Origin: Octopus vulgaris
Taxonomy: Eukaryota
Direction of reading: 5' to 3'
Assembly: GCA_951406725.2 (NCBI GenBank)
Contig: OX597833.1
Span: 47,430,001-47,494,000 of the forward strand
DNA length: 64,000 bases
Position 1 is the first letter of the stretch; the number at the start of each line of letters is the position of its first letter. The translations under genes were made by a program, and so were the position numbers. Shown here piece after piece: positions 39,983 through 56,086 of the stretch. The notes under the pieces were generated by a model that searched no databases, was not told where the DNA came from, and saw only the letters and a list, made by a program, of their open reading frames with translations.

Positions 39983-40789
39983 CCTAGCATCAAACTTGTA
40001 TATACGTGAACAAAAATGACCCTTTGTTCTATCTCCTTCCTTATGTCAAAATACAAAGATTTTGATGAGTAAATAATTGCAAGAACGAAAAAAGAATTTC
40101 ATCAACAAATCTAAACCCAGATTAGAACAAGCGATAAGTTCCTTTTAGGTAAACTGTCCCTCAAATGAGTCATCACCGGTACTTAATAATTTATAGGAAT
40201 ACCGTGTTTTTCAGCGTACAAGCTGAGGTATTATATAGTGTAAACATATAGTGTAAACGTTCAAACATCACTATTTTTTCAAATCCTGCTGCTTTTCACA
40301 TATTTTTGGTCCTCCAAAGTCGTCTTGGACCTGAATAAGTCGGCTTAACTTTTTTGGTTGTAAACTTTGGTTTGAAAACTTGGATTTCTACGCTGTAGCA
40401 TATAATATGCTTACTGTCATAAAAACAAGACTATTTTACTAAAACATACCACCCAAAATACGTTAAATAACGTGTAGAGAGAAAAAAAAAACCTCATTCC
40501 GATTTTTAAAAAGTTCAAACTATATTAGCTTTTGTTATGTTTCGGGAGGGTCGTTATACTAGTATTAAATATTTTTACTTCTTTTATTAGTCGATTCGTT
40601 AGCATTTAATCAACTAACTAATCGACTGTTTGATTAATTGTTTGGTCAATCAATCAATCAGCAAAGGAAAAAAATTATCAAGGTCTTAAGCTGCTGTTCG
40701 CGATATCATCAATGACGTGTCCTCTTTGCGCATTTTTTCCGCTTCAAGTCTGTCTGCTTCAGATTGATTAAACCAAACGATCATTCAAA

Positions 40790-41385
40790 CATTCTCATCT
40801 CATCTTCTTCGTCCACTTAATCCTAGGATGGTCATCGGAGACAGATTCCTCAAGCACGACTTTCATCGGAAGCAACCGTCGGAACCGTTGTCGGAAGCAT
40901 CGCCTCCATTTGATCCGGCTGTATTCCCAAGCGAGACCAACAAAGCTCATAGATGTTAGCCAACAATCTTGATCGTGGTCTACCCCTGGGTCTCCTGCCA
41001 ATTGGTTTTTCCCGTAAAAGCTGTCTGGTGATTCTTTCTCGTGACATTCTTACCACTTTCCAATAGTATCGAAGCAAGAGGCTGAATTAAGTGCAAGAAT
41101 TGCAGGAGCTGGTGTAGTTATGCACCAACTTCAGCACTCGCTAATTAGAAGAAGAGAAGAAAATGTAAAAGCCAAACTCGCAATATTCAGTTCGGTGTTC
41201 ATGCCTACCCTTACTTATGGTCATGAATATTGAATAATAACCGAAAGAATACGATCGCAAATACAAGCAGCCGAGAAGGGGTTCTTCCGAAAGGTCTTTG
41301 AAATAACTCGATAGAATGTGTAGCTTGGATATCAGAGATGCGCCCCAGGTAGAGTGCTGCTATTTCTCCGTATTGAGAGATCACA
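40790..41385. mobile_element. RTE-clade (Expander/Rex3-like) LINE fragment with inverted 5' part
   Basis: Plus strand 41075-41385: KAKLAIFSSVFMPTLTYGHEY*IITERIRSQIQAAE..LRIERS. Minus strand 41077-40850: LRYYWKVVRMSRER..GRRPRGRPR..WSRLGI. Confidence 0.85.
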
Positions 41386-41560
41386 TGCAAACATTCAATT
41401 AATTGGTTAAGTCTTAAAGAATTGACTACTGAAAAAACCGAAATGGAACCTGCACATGTGTTTATTATTGGTATAATAACCTTCCCGAGATACAACAAAA
41501 TATGTTTCAACACACGAATAAACATCAAGAATCTTGCAAACCAAATACAAAAACGAAATA

Positions 41561-41993
41561 GGATCTTTTCGGTTTGAACGGCAGTGTTTTAACATAATTT
41601 CTAGGTAACTAAAAAAATTTTAAACTTCGTATACTGGTAGAATGTGTTCATAAAACATCTTTTTCTCTTGGCTTTATTGAGAAAATTCTATAGTTTGTAA
41701 GATATTTGGTCTTTAATTTCTTGCATTTCGGCAATTTCAACCAATCAATGACGTCTATTGAGGTGAAAACATTCTATGCCGTATGAATATGTCCCTCGTT
41801 TAAGAAACAGATTGGGTTTATTTACATTTGTGAAGAAAAAAGGATACCCTTCCCCCACCCCTAACCCTAACCCTAACTAATCCTAACCCTAAAATAGATT
41901 GAAATGCAATAGATCGATACTAGGGTCATAATTATGGGTGACAATTTCATATGACACCGCTAGAAAAAACTGCCGTTCAAACCGAAAAGATCC
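41561..41993 (-). mobile_element. Merlin-like telomeric-repeat MITE (family A)
   Basis: TIRs, TSD ACGAAATA. Confidence 0.93.
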
Positions 41994-42533
41994 ACGAAAT
42001 ATAATAGTCTTGTTTTGTTTTTAAACAATTTTGTACTTTTCTTTTGCACGCTTTATTTTTGTCTGAAATTTATATTACAAGTATGACAATACTTTTTTTT
42101 TTAAATAACAAACGTTTACCATCAAGCACATATCCGTATGTGGTGTACAACATGATACACCAATTCAGTTATCGCCCAATCTTTTGAATATAGAATTCAG
42201 AACTCTCTCAAGCCATTGACTTAAAGGATATACTAAACTACTGTTTAGTTCCTAATATACAAACGACGAGATTGTAAATAGAACGAATTTCATAATGGTT
42301 TTTCCACATGACAACATCAAAATTTACTTCGAGTCAACGAAGAATAACTTTGCGCGATCTACTAAATATAGCAGCCTCAAATTATTTTCAAAATTCCCAA
42401 ATCACATCTTAACATAAATTGGGAAAACATACCTGGTAAAGCATGGTCTCATATAAACAAATGGACATGAAGAATCTCTCTCTCTCTCTCTCTGTATAAT
42501 ATAAATACACACACACACACACAAACACAAACA

Positions 42534-42575
<42 letters not shown>

Positions 42576-42779
42576 TTCGAAACGTGGAGTAGATGAAACA
42601 AAAACAACTGAAGAAGGGAAATATACTTTATGTTGTATGTCTCGTTTCTATGTTTTTGTTTTTATGTTTTCGTTTCTCATTGTGTTCAACGGTCCTTTGA
42701 TGTCCTGTACCCATATATGCATGTGTATATATACATGTAGGTATGTACATATATGTATATATATATATATATAAGCATA

Positions 42780-45296
<2,517 letters not shown>

Positions 45297-45345
45297 AATA
45301 TATATATATATACTTTATTTTAAGCAGCAGAAAATTCAACAAAAT

Positions 45346-45382
45346 CTGTTACTCTGAGTTTCTCGTGCCGTTCATCAGACAG
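45346..45382 (-). ncRNA. Minimal type I hammerhead ribozyme motif (canonical core)
   Basis: CTGT CTGATGA ACG-GCA-CGA GAAA CTC-A-GAG TA ACAG. Confidence 0.75.
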
Positions 45383-45405
45383 TTTTTGCTAGATTCTAGC
45401 AAAAA

Positions 45406-45443
45406 CTGTCTGATGAACGACAACGAGAAACTCAGAGTAACAG
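45406..45443 (+). ncRNA. Minimal type I hammerhead ribozyme motif (canonical core)
   Basis: CTGT CTGATGA ACG-ACAA-CGA GAAA CTC-A-GAG TA ACAG; predicted cleavage after GUA (45439). Confidence 0.78.
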
Positions 45444-45543
45444 ATTTTGTTGAATTTTCTGCTGCTTAAAATAAAGCATATTACTCTACCACTGGTATTT
45501 GAGTACTTTTTTCCACCTTGTTTCACATTTATGTGTTTACTCC

Positions 45544-45581
<38 letters not shown>

Positions 45582-45651
45582 CATATATTTATATATTATT
45601 TATATTATTACATGATCGAACGTCACGCATCCTTTTCTAAGTAAGTTTCAT

Positions 45652-45750
<99 letters not shown>

Positions 45751-46207
45751 CATAGATAGATACTAAGGCAAATATACATATTTTCAATAATTTTATTCAA
45801 CTACATTAATGAAAAACATTTTCAACATGGTTCATTAGTGATAAGTTAAAGTCTTTACTATTCGAAACAATTTGCAAAGACTCCAATGAAGATACCGAAA
45901 GGAAAAATGAAGTTGAAAAAATATTAAACTGGGACACAGTCGTGTTTTCGATACGTGTCTGCAACAAGAGCTGCCTTTGATAAAGACACAGACAGAAGTA
46001 TGTATGTATGTATGTATGTATGTATGTATGTATGTATGTATGTATGTATGTATGTATGTATGTATGTATGTATGTATGTATGTATGTATGTATGTATCTT
46101 TGTATCTATGTATGCATGTACAGACAGCGTTATATACACACACTCATACATGCATATGAATAGACACACAATACATACATAGATACATACATACATACAT
46201 ACATACA

Positions 46208-46239
<32 letters not shown>

Positions 46240-46838
46240 CGGATTAAAATTATACTCACAAGGCGCAAATAAAAATATCTTGATGCAGATAAAACCATAT
46301 GCAATGGACAAAGTGCACAACAATACAAATTGTGCTACATAATTATCTCAACAAGTAAGCACATGCAAAGACATATATATATATGTAGGGGGAAAATTAG
46401 ATATGAATTATGAAGGAGCTTCCAAACTAGCACAAGTTTCTAGAATAGTGAAAGGGGAGTCTTATCGATAAAATATGTCAAGGCGAGAGATCAATTGCAC
46501 GGGCCCGTCATGCATGTATGTGTGATGTGTATGTCTAGCCGCCTGTGCATGCGCACGTGTCTGTGTGAACATTACCAGCGTTCGAATGAAGCTACCTCCT
46601 CCGTCTTTCATAATGCAGCTTTCGTAATCCCTGCTAGTTCCGTGGTCAAGTGATGCGTCCTGACCATTAGGCGAGTTTTGAACTCAGAGCATAGAGCATC
46701 GGAACAAATACCGTCACATAACCTATTCCACGCTCAAATGACTCTTCTCTGCTATTTCGCTGCCTGTGTGCATGCAATACGCACGCGCACACCCACGTGC
46801 ACACACGCCCACGTACACGCCCGCTCGCACACACACAC

Positions 46839-46915
<77 letters not shown>

Positions 46916-48670
46916 TTGCAGAAAGTCAAAGCATAACAAATCACTAGTCTGAGTTTCTCGGTTCCGGTCTTCGAACGATTACCAAAAATGGAACATACAA
47001 CTAATTTATAATAGATGCAGTGGACATGTTTAAATGTTATAAAAGGCGCTGATGGCATAACATGAACTGAGAGAAACCTACTGATTGAAAATAAAGCAGT
47101 TATTTGGAAAATAAGAAGGCTGCTAATTAGAAGAGAGATGAGGTTACGAAAAATCTAATTTCTTTTGCGGACAATAACTAACTATTCAAGGGAAATAACC
47201 TAAAATTTTAGATGTCGAGGAATTACATAAAAGAGGTGATGAAATCCGTATTGTTTTAAATATTCTGATTATTCTAGAAACTATCCGCTTTGTAGGACAT
47301 AGTTGGAATGTAGGAGTCTTGATTCGCATCTACAACAGTTTAATTAATATCACAGACTTTTCGCTTAAGGCATGAATGTCTTCAAATAAAATAAATAAAT
47401 TTTCACCTAGACATAATTTACAGCGCAAATTCTCGTTAAAACTGATATGCACTAGTAGCGAAGCATGCTCAATGGTTCAAAATTTGATCGCAAATGCTGC
47501 CAGACTTATTTCTTTTAAAAACCAAAAATATACTTAGAAAGACGTGTGAATATTTTTCCGGATTCTTGAATGAACTTTCCTGTATCTTTCTAAATGGAAT
47601 TTGTGGGAAAATCCAGCGACTAAACTTCTGAATTCAACTGATCTGTCTGGAATGCTTTATTTTAAAAGTTAGTGTTAGATAAATACTTAAGAATGAACAA
47701 GAAGAGATTCCTTACTAACGAAGTTAGATTATGATAATTTATTGGACTCGTTACTCTAAGTATCTCGTAACCACCTTTCAGACGATTATTAATATTGAAA
47801 CAAAAAACTACTTTATAATCGCCATACAGTTGGCCTCTTTGAAAGTTATAACAAGCACTGATTGAGTAAACATAACCGTTACTTGAAAAAATAGACAATG
47901 GAGGTTATCATTTGCAGAAGAGAATTTTAAGTTGTATAAATGATTAAATATATAAATGTAAAAATATGTTTTTAAAAAAATCTTGTGCGGGAATATATTT
48001 TTTATTGCATGAGTAAAAAAAAAATATTGTTCAACGGAAGTATTTCAAAATCTTTGAATATTCTAAAATACATCCATCTCAAAAAAAAAAAAACAAAAAA
48101 ACAAAAGCAGATGAAACGATCCGAATTTTTTTTTTTTTTCAATATTCAGAATTTTCCTTAAATAATAGTTCTGAAAAAAGTATTTTTTTTGCGTGTCTAC
48201 AACAGTCAAGTATCTTTGTTTCTATCTTTAAATGATGCTTTGAAATAAAATGAATAACTTTCATTTAGACATAATTTAGTGCACAATATTTTTTCTTGAA
48301 CTAAAAATCTGAAATTTAATGTAAGATATCTTCAATTTATTCTTTTAAAATTATAAAGCTTTGAAATATAAATAAATGCTTATATCTTCGCGGGGAAGAA
48401 TGATATTGGAATTACTCTGATTTGTCTCATCTCTATTTGGAGACTCACCCGAAACATTTAACATAATATTCTACATACGAAGAAAATAATAGTTTAAACA
48501 CAAACACAAACCAGAACTCTTTTTAAAAAGAATAGTCTAATTTGCATAACTGCATATTCCTTGGTAGCATTATTCACAGCACATCATATACTGGATAATT
48601 ATGTTGTGCATAATTAATTTATTACCCGAAATCACTGCAATGCAAATTAGACAGGCCTTTTCGGCTGAGT

Positions 48671-49571
48671 CCTGGCTTGCATCTGATATAAATTGGAATA
48701 AATTTTTGATGTCTCAATGGGCAGAAAATTAGGGTACAATTTCCCCGATGAATCTCCAAATAGAGGTGAAACTAGTTCGGACAACTCTAATAATTTTCGG
48801 CTACGAAGAGTTGTAAGTATTTATTGACACTTCACAATGAAGACAAAACGAAAGCAGAAAAAGAAAAAACGTACGTGTACGTTGAATTTCAGATTATCGA
48901 ATATGCACAATATTGTGTCTAATAAATTAATACTTAAACATATGTATATGGTGTTAAAAACGAGTCTTGAAGGTATTGATTTTAAAGAATAATTTGAAAA
49001 TTTAGAACGACGTGGTTTTATCGTTTTAACGTTTCCATTTCTGGATATTTGTGTTTAGATATCTACAAATTTTCAGTTATTATTCTTGAACAACCAGCGC
49101 ACATATGCAATTAATAATATATATTCTCGCTCATATGTATGCGGTCTTCGTATCATGCCTCATTTCACTATGAATATTCAAATCATTTTGCATAGCTTTA
49201 TCTTCTCCCCTCTTATCTGCATCTCCACCTTAATTTTCAAATAGCGGTTAATATTCAAGATCAAAATATGACACTTTATCCAATCTTTGCTTCTTACGAT
49301 ATTTAAACATGCCCAATGCATGGCTGTATATACTAATTTTATGTTCAATTTTTCATAAACTTTCGAAGAGCAGATTCGAGAAACTATGTATGAATATGTG
49401 TGCGTGTATTTTAAGATGCATATATGAGTGTGCAAGTATGTCTGTCCTGGATTGCATCTGATATAAATAGGAATACATTTTTGATGTCTCAATGAGCAGA
49501 AAATTAGGGTACAATTTCCCCGATGAATCTCCAAATAGAGGCGAAACTAGTTAGGACAACTCTAATAATTT
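48671..49571 (+). repeat. Two about 125-bp direct repeats (48671-48797, 49446-49571), each with a hammerhead-like motif
   Basis: TCC CCGATGA ATCTC-CAAATA-GAGG(T/C) GAAA CTAG TT (C/A)GGA at 48742-48781 and 49517-49556. Confidence 0.65.
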
Positions 49572-49841
49572 ATATATATATAAATTAGAAAAAAACCCCA
49601 CCTTTTATCAATTCAATAATGAAAAATTAAATTATACCATTTAGAAAAATTACATCTTATAGAAAGATTAAATATAAGATAAAACATATAACAGTGATTA
49701 AGTAATTTTCATTATTGAATTGATAAAAGCTGTTTTTTTCTTCTAATTTATATATATATATATACATATATTATATTTTGTGAAATTTGATTTAGTATTT
49801 CTAAATTGAATTTTTCCCAGTAAGTTTGGAATAATCCCTCA

Positions 49842-49976
<135 letters not shown>

Positions 49977-49995
49977 ATATATATATATATATGTG

Positions 49996-50066
<71 letters not shown>

Positions 50067-50376
50067 ATTATATGTATATGTATGTATGAATGTATATATA
50101 GATATAAGCACATATGTACGCGTAAACACATGTAGGTGTATGTGAGTGAGTGTTTGTGTGTGTGTGTGTTTGTGTGTGTGTTATCAATAATCGGCAAAAG
50201 TTATAGAGTGATTCAAAGGCCGAGAGTTTCGTGTATATAAGTGTTGATGTATGAAACTCTCAGTCCTCGAGTCACTCTATAATTTTTGCCGATTAACAGA
50301 AAATGTGTATGTACTCGTGTTTTGAGTTTTATTTTCCTCCATGCAAATACACATACACACACATATGATATATTCA

Positions 50377-50418
<42 letters not shown>

Positions 50419-50566
50419 TTCTCAAAGGAATTCCAACTCTGTCTCTTTTTCACATTTTATTTATAATCTTCTAATATTAATATTAGAAGATTATAAATAA
50501 AATGTGAAAAACAGAGTTGGAATTCCTTTGAGTAATATATTCTTCTCTACACAATCATACAAGCCC

Positions 50567-50606
<40 letters not shown>

Positions 50607-50683
50607 TTTGATACTTTGATAGGTTTCGGCCATTATTGGCCCAGGCCATGTCTAACTTAATAGCACCACCTGGTGAAATAGCA

Positions 50684-50737
<54 letters not shown>

Positions 50738-50827
50738 GGAAAATTTATGAAAATAAACAAAAGACGAAGACGGGTGGTGTACAAAACAAACAGATGTATT
50801 AGTATAGCGCTCAGGAATAGAAAAAGT

Positions 50828-50863
50828 CTTTTACGTTTCGAGCCTACGCTCTTCTACAGAAAG
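50828..50863 (-). ncRNA. Hammerhead-like motif (CTGTAGA core variant) in a TA-inserted module, about 50735-50950
   Basis: CTTT CTGTAGA AGAGC-GTAG-GCTC GAAA CG TA AAAG; second copy at 60018-60053. Confidence 0.55.
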
Positions 50864-51012
50864 GTACACAGAAAAAACAAGGAGAGAAACAAGGAGAGAA
50901 AAAAATGTGTGTAGTGGCTAACGATCTACCATGGCGTCTGACTCGGACAAATATATATATATATATATATGTATGTATCTCTCACCCATTCTCTCTCCCT
51001 CTCTATCTATCC

Positions 51013-51100
<88 letters not shown>

Positions 51101-51830
51101 CTATATATATATATACATACACACATACACAGTGTATTACCAGGAGCTTATTTTATCTCTCCCAACGAGAATTGATAAGGGAAAATAAGGTCCCGGTTAG
51201 AATTATGCAGGACGATGAAGAAATACATCTGCAATGAAACAGCTGTTTGCGGAAGTAATTGAGAGACAGCGAGGAAAAAAAATTACGTACATACATAATA
51301 AAAATGAAAGTTAATAACGTCGTTAAAATGCGAATAGAACAAAAAAAATTAAACGATTATTATAATTATTATCATAATTTTTTTCTTGTTATAATTTTAC
51401 TATTTAAATATATTTTAAACGGTGATACAAGCTTACCTAAATGCTGTTTATCCGGCGGGTTAGTTCTGAACAAATCGCTTTTCCTTCCAGTGAGTTAATG
51501 AATGATGCGTTCTCTAGCTAATGTGACCGAAAATGACAGCGTAAGCAATGTAAAGTCCGATAGTAAGAAATTAGGTCAAGATTAAAACAATAGCGTAACT
51601 ATCAAACTATCAAATACATATTTGCTGTTAATTCGAGTTGAAGTTTTATTATTATTAGTATTATTATTATAATTTATATGTTTTTATCTTCGATTGGTTC
51701 TCGTAATCACCCACTTCAAACCAATATCTGATAAAATCTTTTGAGGCCAAATTCTGTCCAAGAGAATGTCAAAAAGAAAGGAAAATCTTCTTGGTGATGG
51801 GGGAAACTTCGTAATTCAATTTAATTACGA

Positions 51831-51885
<55 letters not shown>

Positions 51886-51954
51886 TACATACATACATAC
51901 ATACATACATACATACATACAGACAGACAGACAGACAGACAGTTTATCGTTTAC

Positions 51955-52341
51955 TCGTTTCACTCATTAGACTGCGGCCTTGCTGGAGCACCGCCTCGAA
52001 GTATTTTAGCGGAATGAATCGATCCCAGCACTCTTTTTTTACAGCCTAGTACTGATTCTGTCGATCATCGTTTTCTGAACCGCTAAGTTATGGAGTCATA
52101 AACACACCAACACCTACTGGTAAGTGGAGGTTGAGGACAAACTAATACATAAAGACATGTACACACACACACACTAACACTAACACACATACACACACAT
52201 ACACACACACACGCACACACACACACACTTTCACTTTCTGTCTACCAAATACAATCACAAGGATCTGGTCAGCCTGAGGTGGAGATAGTTGACCAAGGTG
52301 ACACTGAACCCGGAACTATGTGGTTGGAAAGCAAACCTCTT
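51955..52341 (-). mobile_element. Diverged group A SINE
   Basis: GACTGCGGCC.TGCTGGAGCACCGCC tail through to a head remnant near 52340. Confidence 0.75.
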
Positions 52342-52529
52342 ACAATGTGGCCACGCCTGCGACACACACACATTCAGAAACACATATATATGCGCGTACA
52401 CACTCTTACACACATACAAACATATATATATTCGAATATTACAGAGCGGAAGAGTGTACTCAGTACATGGTGTAGAGTACAGCTTTTATTTAGATTAATG
52501 ATGAGAACATATATATAAATATATATATA

Positions 52530-52925
52530 CTAGCAGTATCGCCCGGCGTTGCTCGGGTTTGTAAGGGAAATAATTATATAACCATTTTTTAGAGATGTAA
52601 AGTATAATAGCCATCTCAATATGGCTAACCACAAAGGGGGAGGGGTGTTACTGTAGCTTTTTACGTTCTGAGATTTAATAATAAATTTTAGAGAGTTACT
52701 TCCCTTATATATGTCAAAAATGGATTAAAAATGGGAAAAATTGATGGTAATTTTTTTTTTAAATCGTAGACTCATCGTAGACGCGCGCTAATACCCAGAC
52801 GGTCTCGATATGAATCACGACTATAAGATACCCGGTTTTGGTTAAACTGCACCGCAAAATGTGGGAGTAGTTAGGAATCTAAATCGTAGGAGATAGACAC
52901 ACAAACTCACTTTTATATATAAAGA
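52530..52925 (-). mobile_element. Short non-autonomous Helitron (396 bp)
   Basis: Minus strand A/TCTTTATATATAAAAGTGAG ... CCCGAGCAACGCCGGGCGATACTGCTAG/T. Confidence 0.88.
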
Positions 52926-52988
52926 TTTCCTCTATTTACATAATATTGAGGTCTCTTTCTTTCTTTTGTTATCTTACTGTTTTTACCA

Positions 52989-53059
<71 letters not shown>

Positions 53060-53119
53060 CAGAGATGTACTTGCATAGCAAGTGACTTGATCTGAGATCG
53101 TGTGCTGGAACGAAAACAG

Positions 53120-53377
53120 TTGCAGCGTTGAAGGTGTTTATAAGCCATTTAAGAAACACACAAAAACTGTTAGATTCACTTCAACATTTAAATTTAATTT
53201 GTCAAAATATTTTCGTCGCTTTGAGACCGCGACCTGTTAGCACGATATTTTTGTCAGTGAACAGGTCGCGGTCTCAAAGCGAGGAAAATATTTTGGCAAA
53301 TTAAATTTAAATGTTGAAGTGAATCTAACGGTTTTTGTGTGTTTCTTAAATGGCTTACAAACACCTTCCACGCTGCA
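53120..53377. repeat. Fold-back repeat in (TA)n (about 115-bp arms)
   Basis: 53121-53238 is the reverse complement of 53260-53377. Confidence 0.85.
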
Positions 53378-53397
53378 TATATATATATACACACATA

Positions 53398-53428
<31 letters not shown>

Positions 53429-53752
53429 GTGTATATGTGTATGCATGTATGTGTGTGTGTGTGTGCGTGTCTGTGCTTGTGATTGTCCTCCACCACTGCT
53501 TGACAACGAATGTTGGTTTGTTTACATCCCTGTCACCTAGTGGTTTGATAAAGGAAACAGATAGAATAAGTACAATGCTTACAAAAATAAAACTGGAGTT
53601 GATTCATTAAACTACAATTCTTCAAGGCATTGCCCCAGCATGGCCACAGACCAATGGCTGGAAAAAGCAGAAGAATAAAAGAATACATTCTCTGCTTTGG
53701 TCTTATGTTCAAGGCATGAGAAAGCTTGAGTTTACATGAGAAGGCCTAACAG

Positions 53753-54016
53753 GCCTGGTAGAAACAGCAGCCAAATCTCCCTCAAATCACACCTTACTGT
53801 CTTATGTATGTATATATATATGAGCCAATGAGGGGGACCTCTACATGGTAGCTAGACCTGGTAGAAATAGCAGCCAAATTTCCCCCAAATCACACCTTAC
53901 TGTCTTATCTATGTATATATGTATGTATGAGCCTATGAGGGAGACCCCTACATGGCAGCTAGACATGGTAGAAATAGCAGCCAAATCTCCCTCAAATCAC
54001 ACCTTACTGTCTTATG

Positions 54017-54020
<4 letters not shown>
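53753..54020. repeat. Three-copy tandem repeat, about 100-bp unit
   Basis: GGTAGAAA(C/T)AGCAGCCAAAT.TCCC.CAAATCACACCTTACTGTCTTAT occurs three times. Confidence 0.9.
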
Positions 54021-54052
<32 letters not shown>

Positions 54053-54076
54053 AGCCACTACGGTTATTTAATGTAA

Positions 54077-56086
54077 AGTCTTCCTCAAATCACTCTCGCT
54101 ATTTACTCTCTTCCAAGAACATTTTCACTCACTCTTATCTCTTAGCTTGCCATACATTTTACTCATGTATCTATCAGCGTGATAGACAGAAACAAATATT
54201 ACATCGCCATCGCCATCGCATTCTATTGTCTACCTGTCAACACACACACAGTGAATTACTTTCATTTTATTCGTTGCACACTGTGTGTGTGTGCGTGTGC
54301 GTGTGGTGTAAACCACATTAAGAAAAGCATTTGACATACACACCAGAATGTGAGTTTTCTGTAAATTTTGCTTAATTGGAGTTTAAATTTTAAAAACTGG
54401 ACCTGGCATGACTCGATGCATTCTACTCTTAAAAATGCTAGGTAAATTGTAATTGAAGAAATCCTATATTGTAGATTTCTATAACTGACAAAGGGAGGCA
54501 GATAAAATCTGCCTTTTATAATAAGACTAGCAGTATCGCCCGGCGTTGCTCGGTTTGTAAGGGAAATAACTATATAAGCATTTTTAGAGAGTTATAGCCA
54601 AAAAATAGCAAAAAAATGCATCAAAAATTGAAAAAAAATTAAGGTAAATTTTTTTTTAAATCGTTGACACATCGTAGATATTTTTAGAGAGTTACTTCCC
54701 TTATATAAAAGCGAAAAAAATGCATTAAAATGGAAAAATATGATGGTAAATTATTTTAAAATCGTAGACTCATCGTAGACGCACGCTAATACCCAGAAGG
54801 GCTCGATATGAATCACGACTATAAGATACCCGCTTTTGGTTAAACGGCACCGCAAAATGTGGGAGTAGTTACGAATCTAAATCGTAGGAGACAGACACAC
54901 AACTTCACTCTTATATAAAGATGCTTTTTTTTTTCAGTCATAGAGTTAGATTTATGAAGGTCTTCAGTAGAAAATCCTTCGAATTCTGACTCGCTGCTTG
55001 ATATAATGAAATTCGTATCCATTTTTTGTCAGAATTACAAATTTTGAAAAGACAATAGGAACAAATTTCGGAAAAAAATCTCCCATAATTCACGGAATTA
55101 AAATTACAGTTCGATTTTTGTACAAAACTGTAGTTGAAGTGTTTACGAAGTATAATACGTGTTTTCACGAATGTACTAAAGAGATTTGCTCTGATATTCT
55201 CATTTAAATATGAATAGGTAAATTCGGGCGGCTTGGTAACTATATATAAGTGTCGTCTGTTTATACATAAACACTGTTTCATACTGCAATTATATATACA
55301 TATATCTATATATAATATTATATAATAAAATATATACAGAGTAAAATAAAAACCAATTTACCTTTTCTGTCCGTACGTGTGTCTTTGCAAATGTGTTGGA
55401 ATGATAAGTGAGTTGAGTTTTGGCGCCTTTTTTACTAATAACAAACACACACGTGTTTGTATGTATATGTATGTGTATGTAGTTGTATGTAGTTGTATAT
55501 GTATGTGTATGCGTGTGGGTGAGGAATGACACACACACACTCACGCACGCACACATGTACATCAATGCTTTCGGAGTGATATGTTAAAATATTGAGTTTT
55601 CTCGAATTTTGTCTTAATTGGTGGTAAAATTGAAAGAAATTTTTTATGGCATCACCCACTGAAGTACTCTGAAAAATCTTAGGTAAATTGTAATTGAAGA
55701 AATTGTGTGAGGAGTAAATGGTTATGTATTTATTTGTTTCTGTTTGCTGTGTTTTTTTATTTTTTGAGTAGTGGTTTAAATACTTTCAGTTTAGTCTTCC
55801 TCAAATCACTCTGTCGCTATTTACTTTCATTTTATTCGTTGCACACTGTGTGTGCGCGTTTGCGTGTGGTGTAAACCAGACTAAGAAAAGCATTTGACAC
55901 ACACACCAGAATGTGAGTTTTCTGTAAATTTTGTTTAATTGGAGTTTAAATTTTAAAAACTGGACCTGGCATGACGCGATGCATTATACTCTTAAAAATG
56001 CTAGGTAAATTGTAATTGAAGAAATCCTATATTGTAGATTTGTATAACTCCCAAAGGGAGGCAGATAAAATCTGCCTTTTATAATA

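Larger units (their letters stand above)
45313..45545 (+). mobile_element. Penelope-like terminal fold-back module in (TA)n
   Basis: Near-perfect hairpin 45313-45477 centred on GCTAGATTCTAGC. Tail homologous to 18866-18946. Confidence 0.8.

Noticed and set aside
53250-53300. GTCGC..GCGA(C) stem followed by GAAA as a possible hammerhead
   Set aside because: There is no CUGANGA-like core. Kept only as a fold-back repeat.
53753-54020. Regularly spaced repeats (also 29130-29504 and 24343-24430) as a CRISPR-like array
   Set aside because: Spacers are microsatellite or identical sequence, the context is eukaryotic, and no cas genes are present.
54496-54530. Reading AGGCAGATAAAATCTGCCT plus CTAG as a plus-strand Helitron 3' end
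   Set aside because: At 56089 and 59865 the same hairpin is not followed by CTAG. The CTAG belongs to the neighbouring minus-strand unit.
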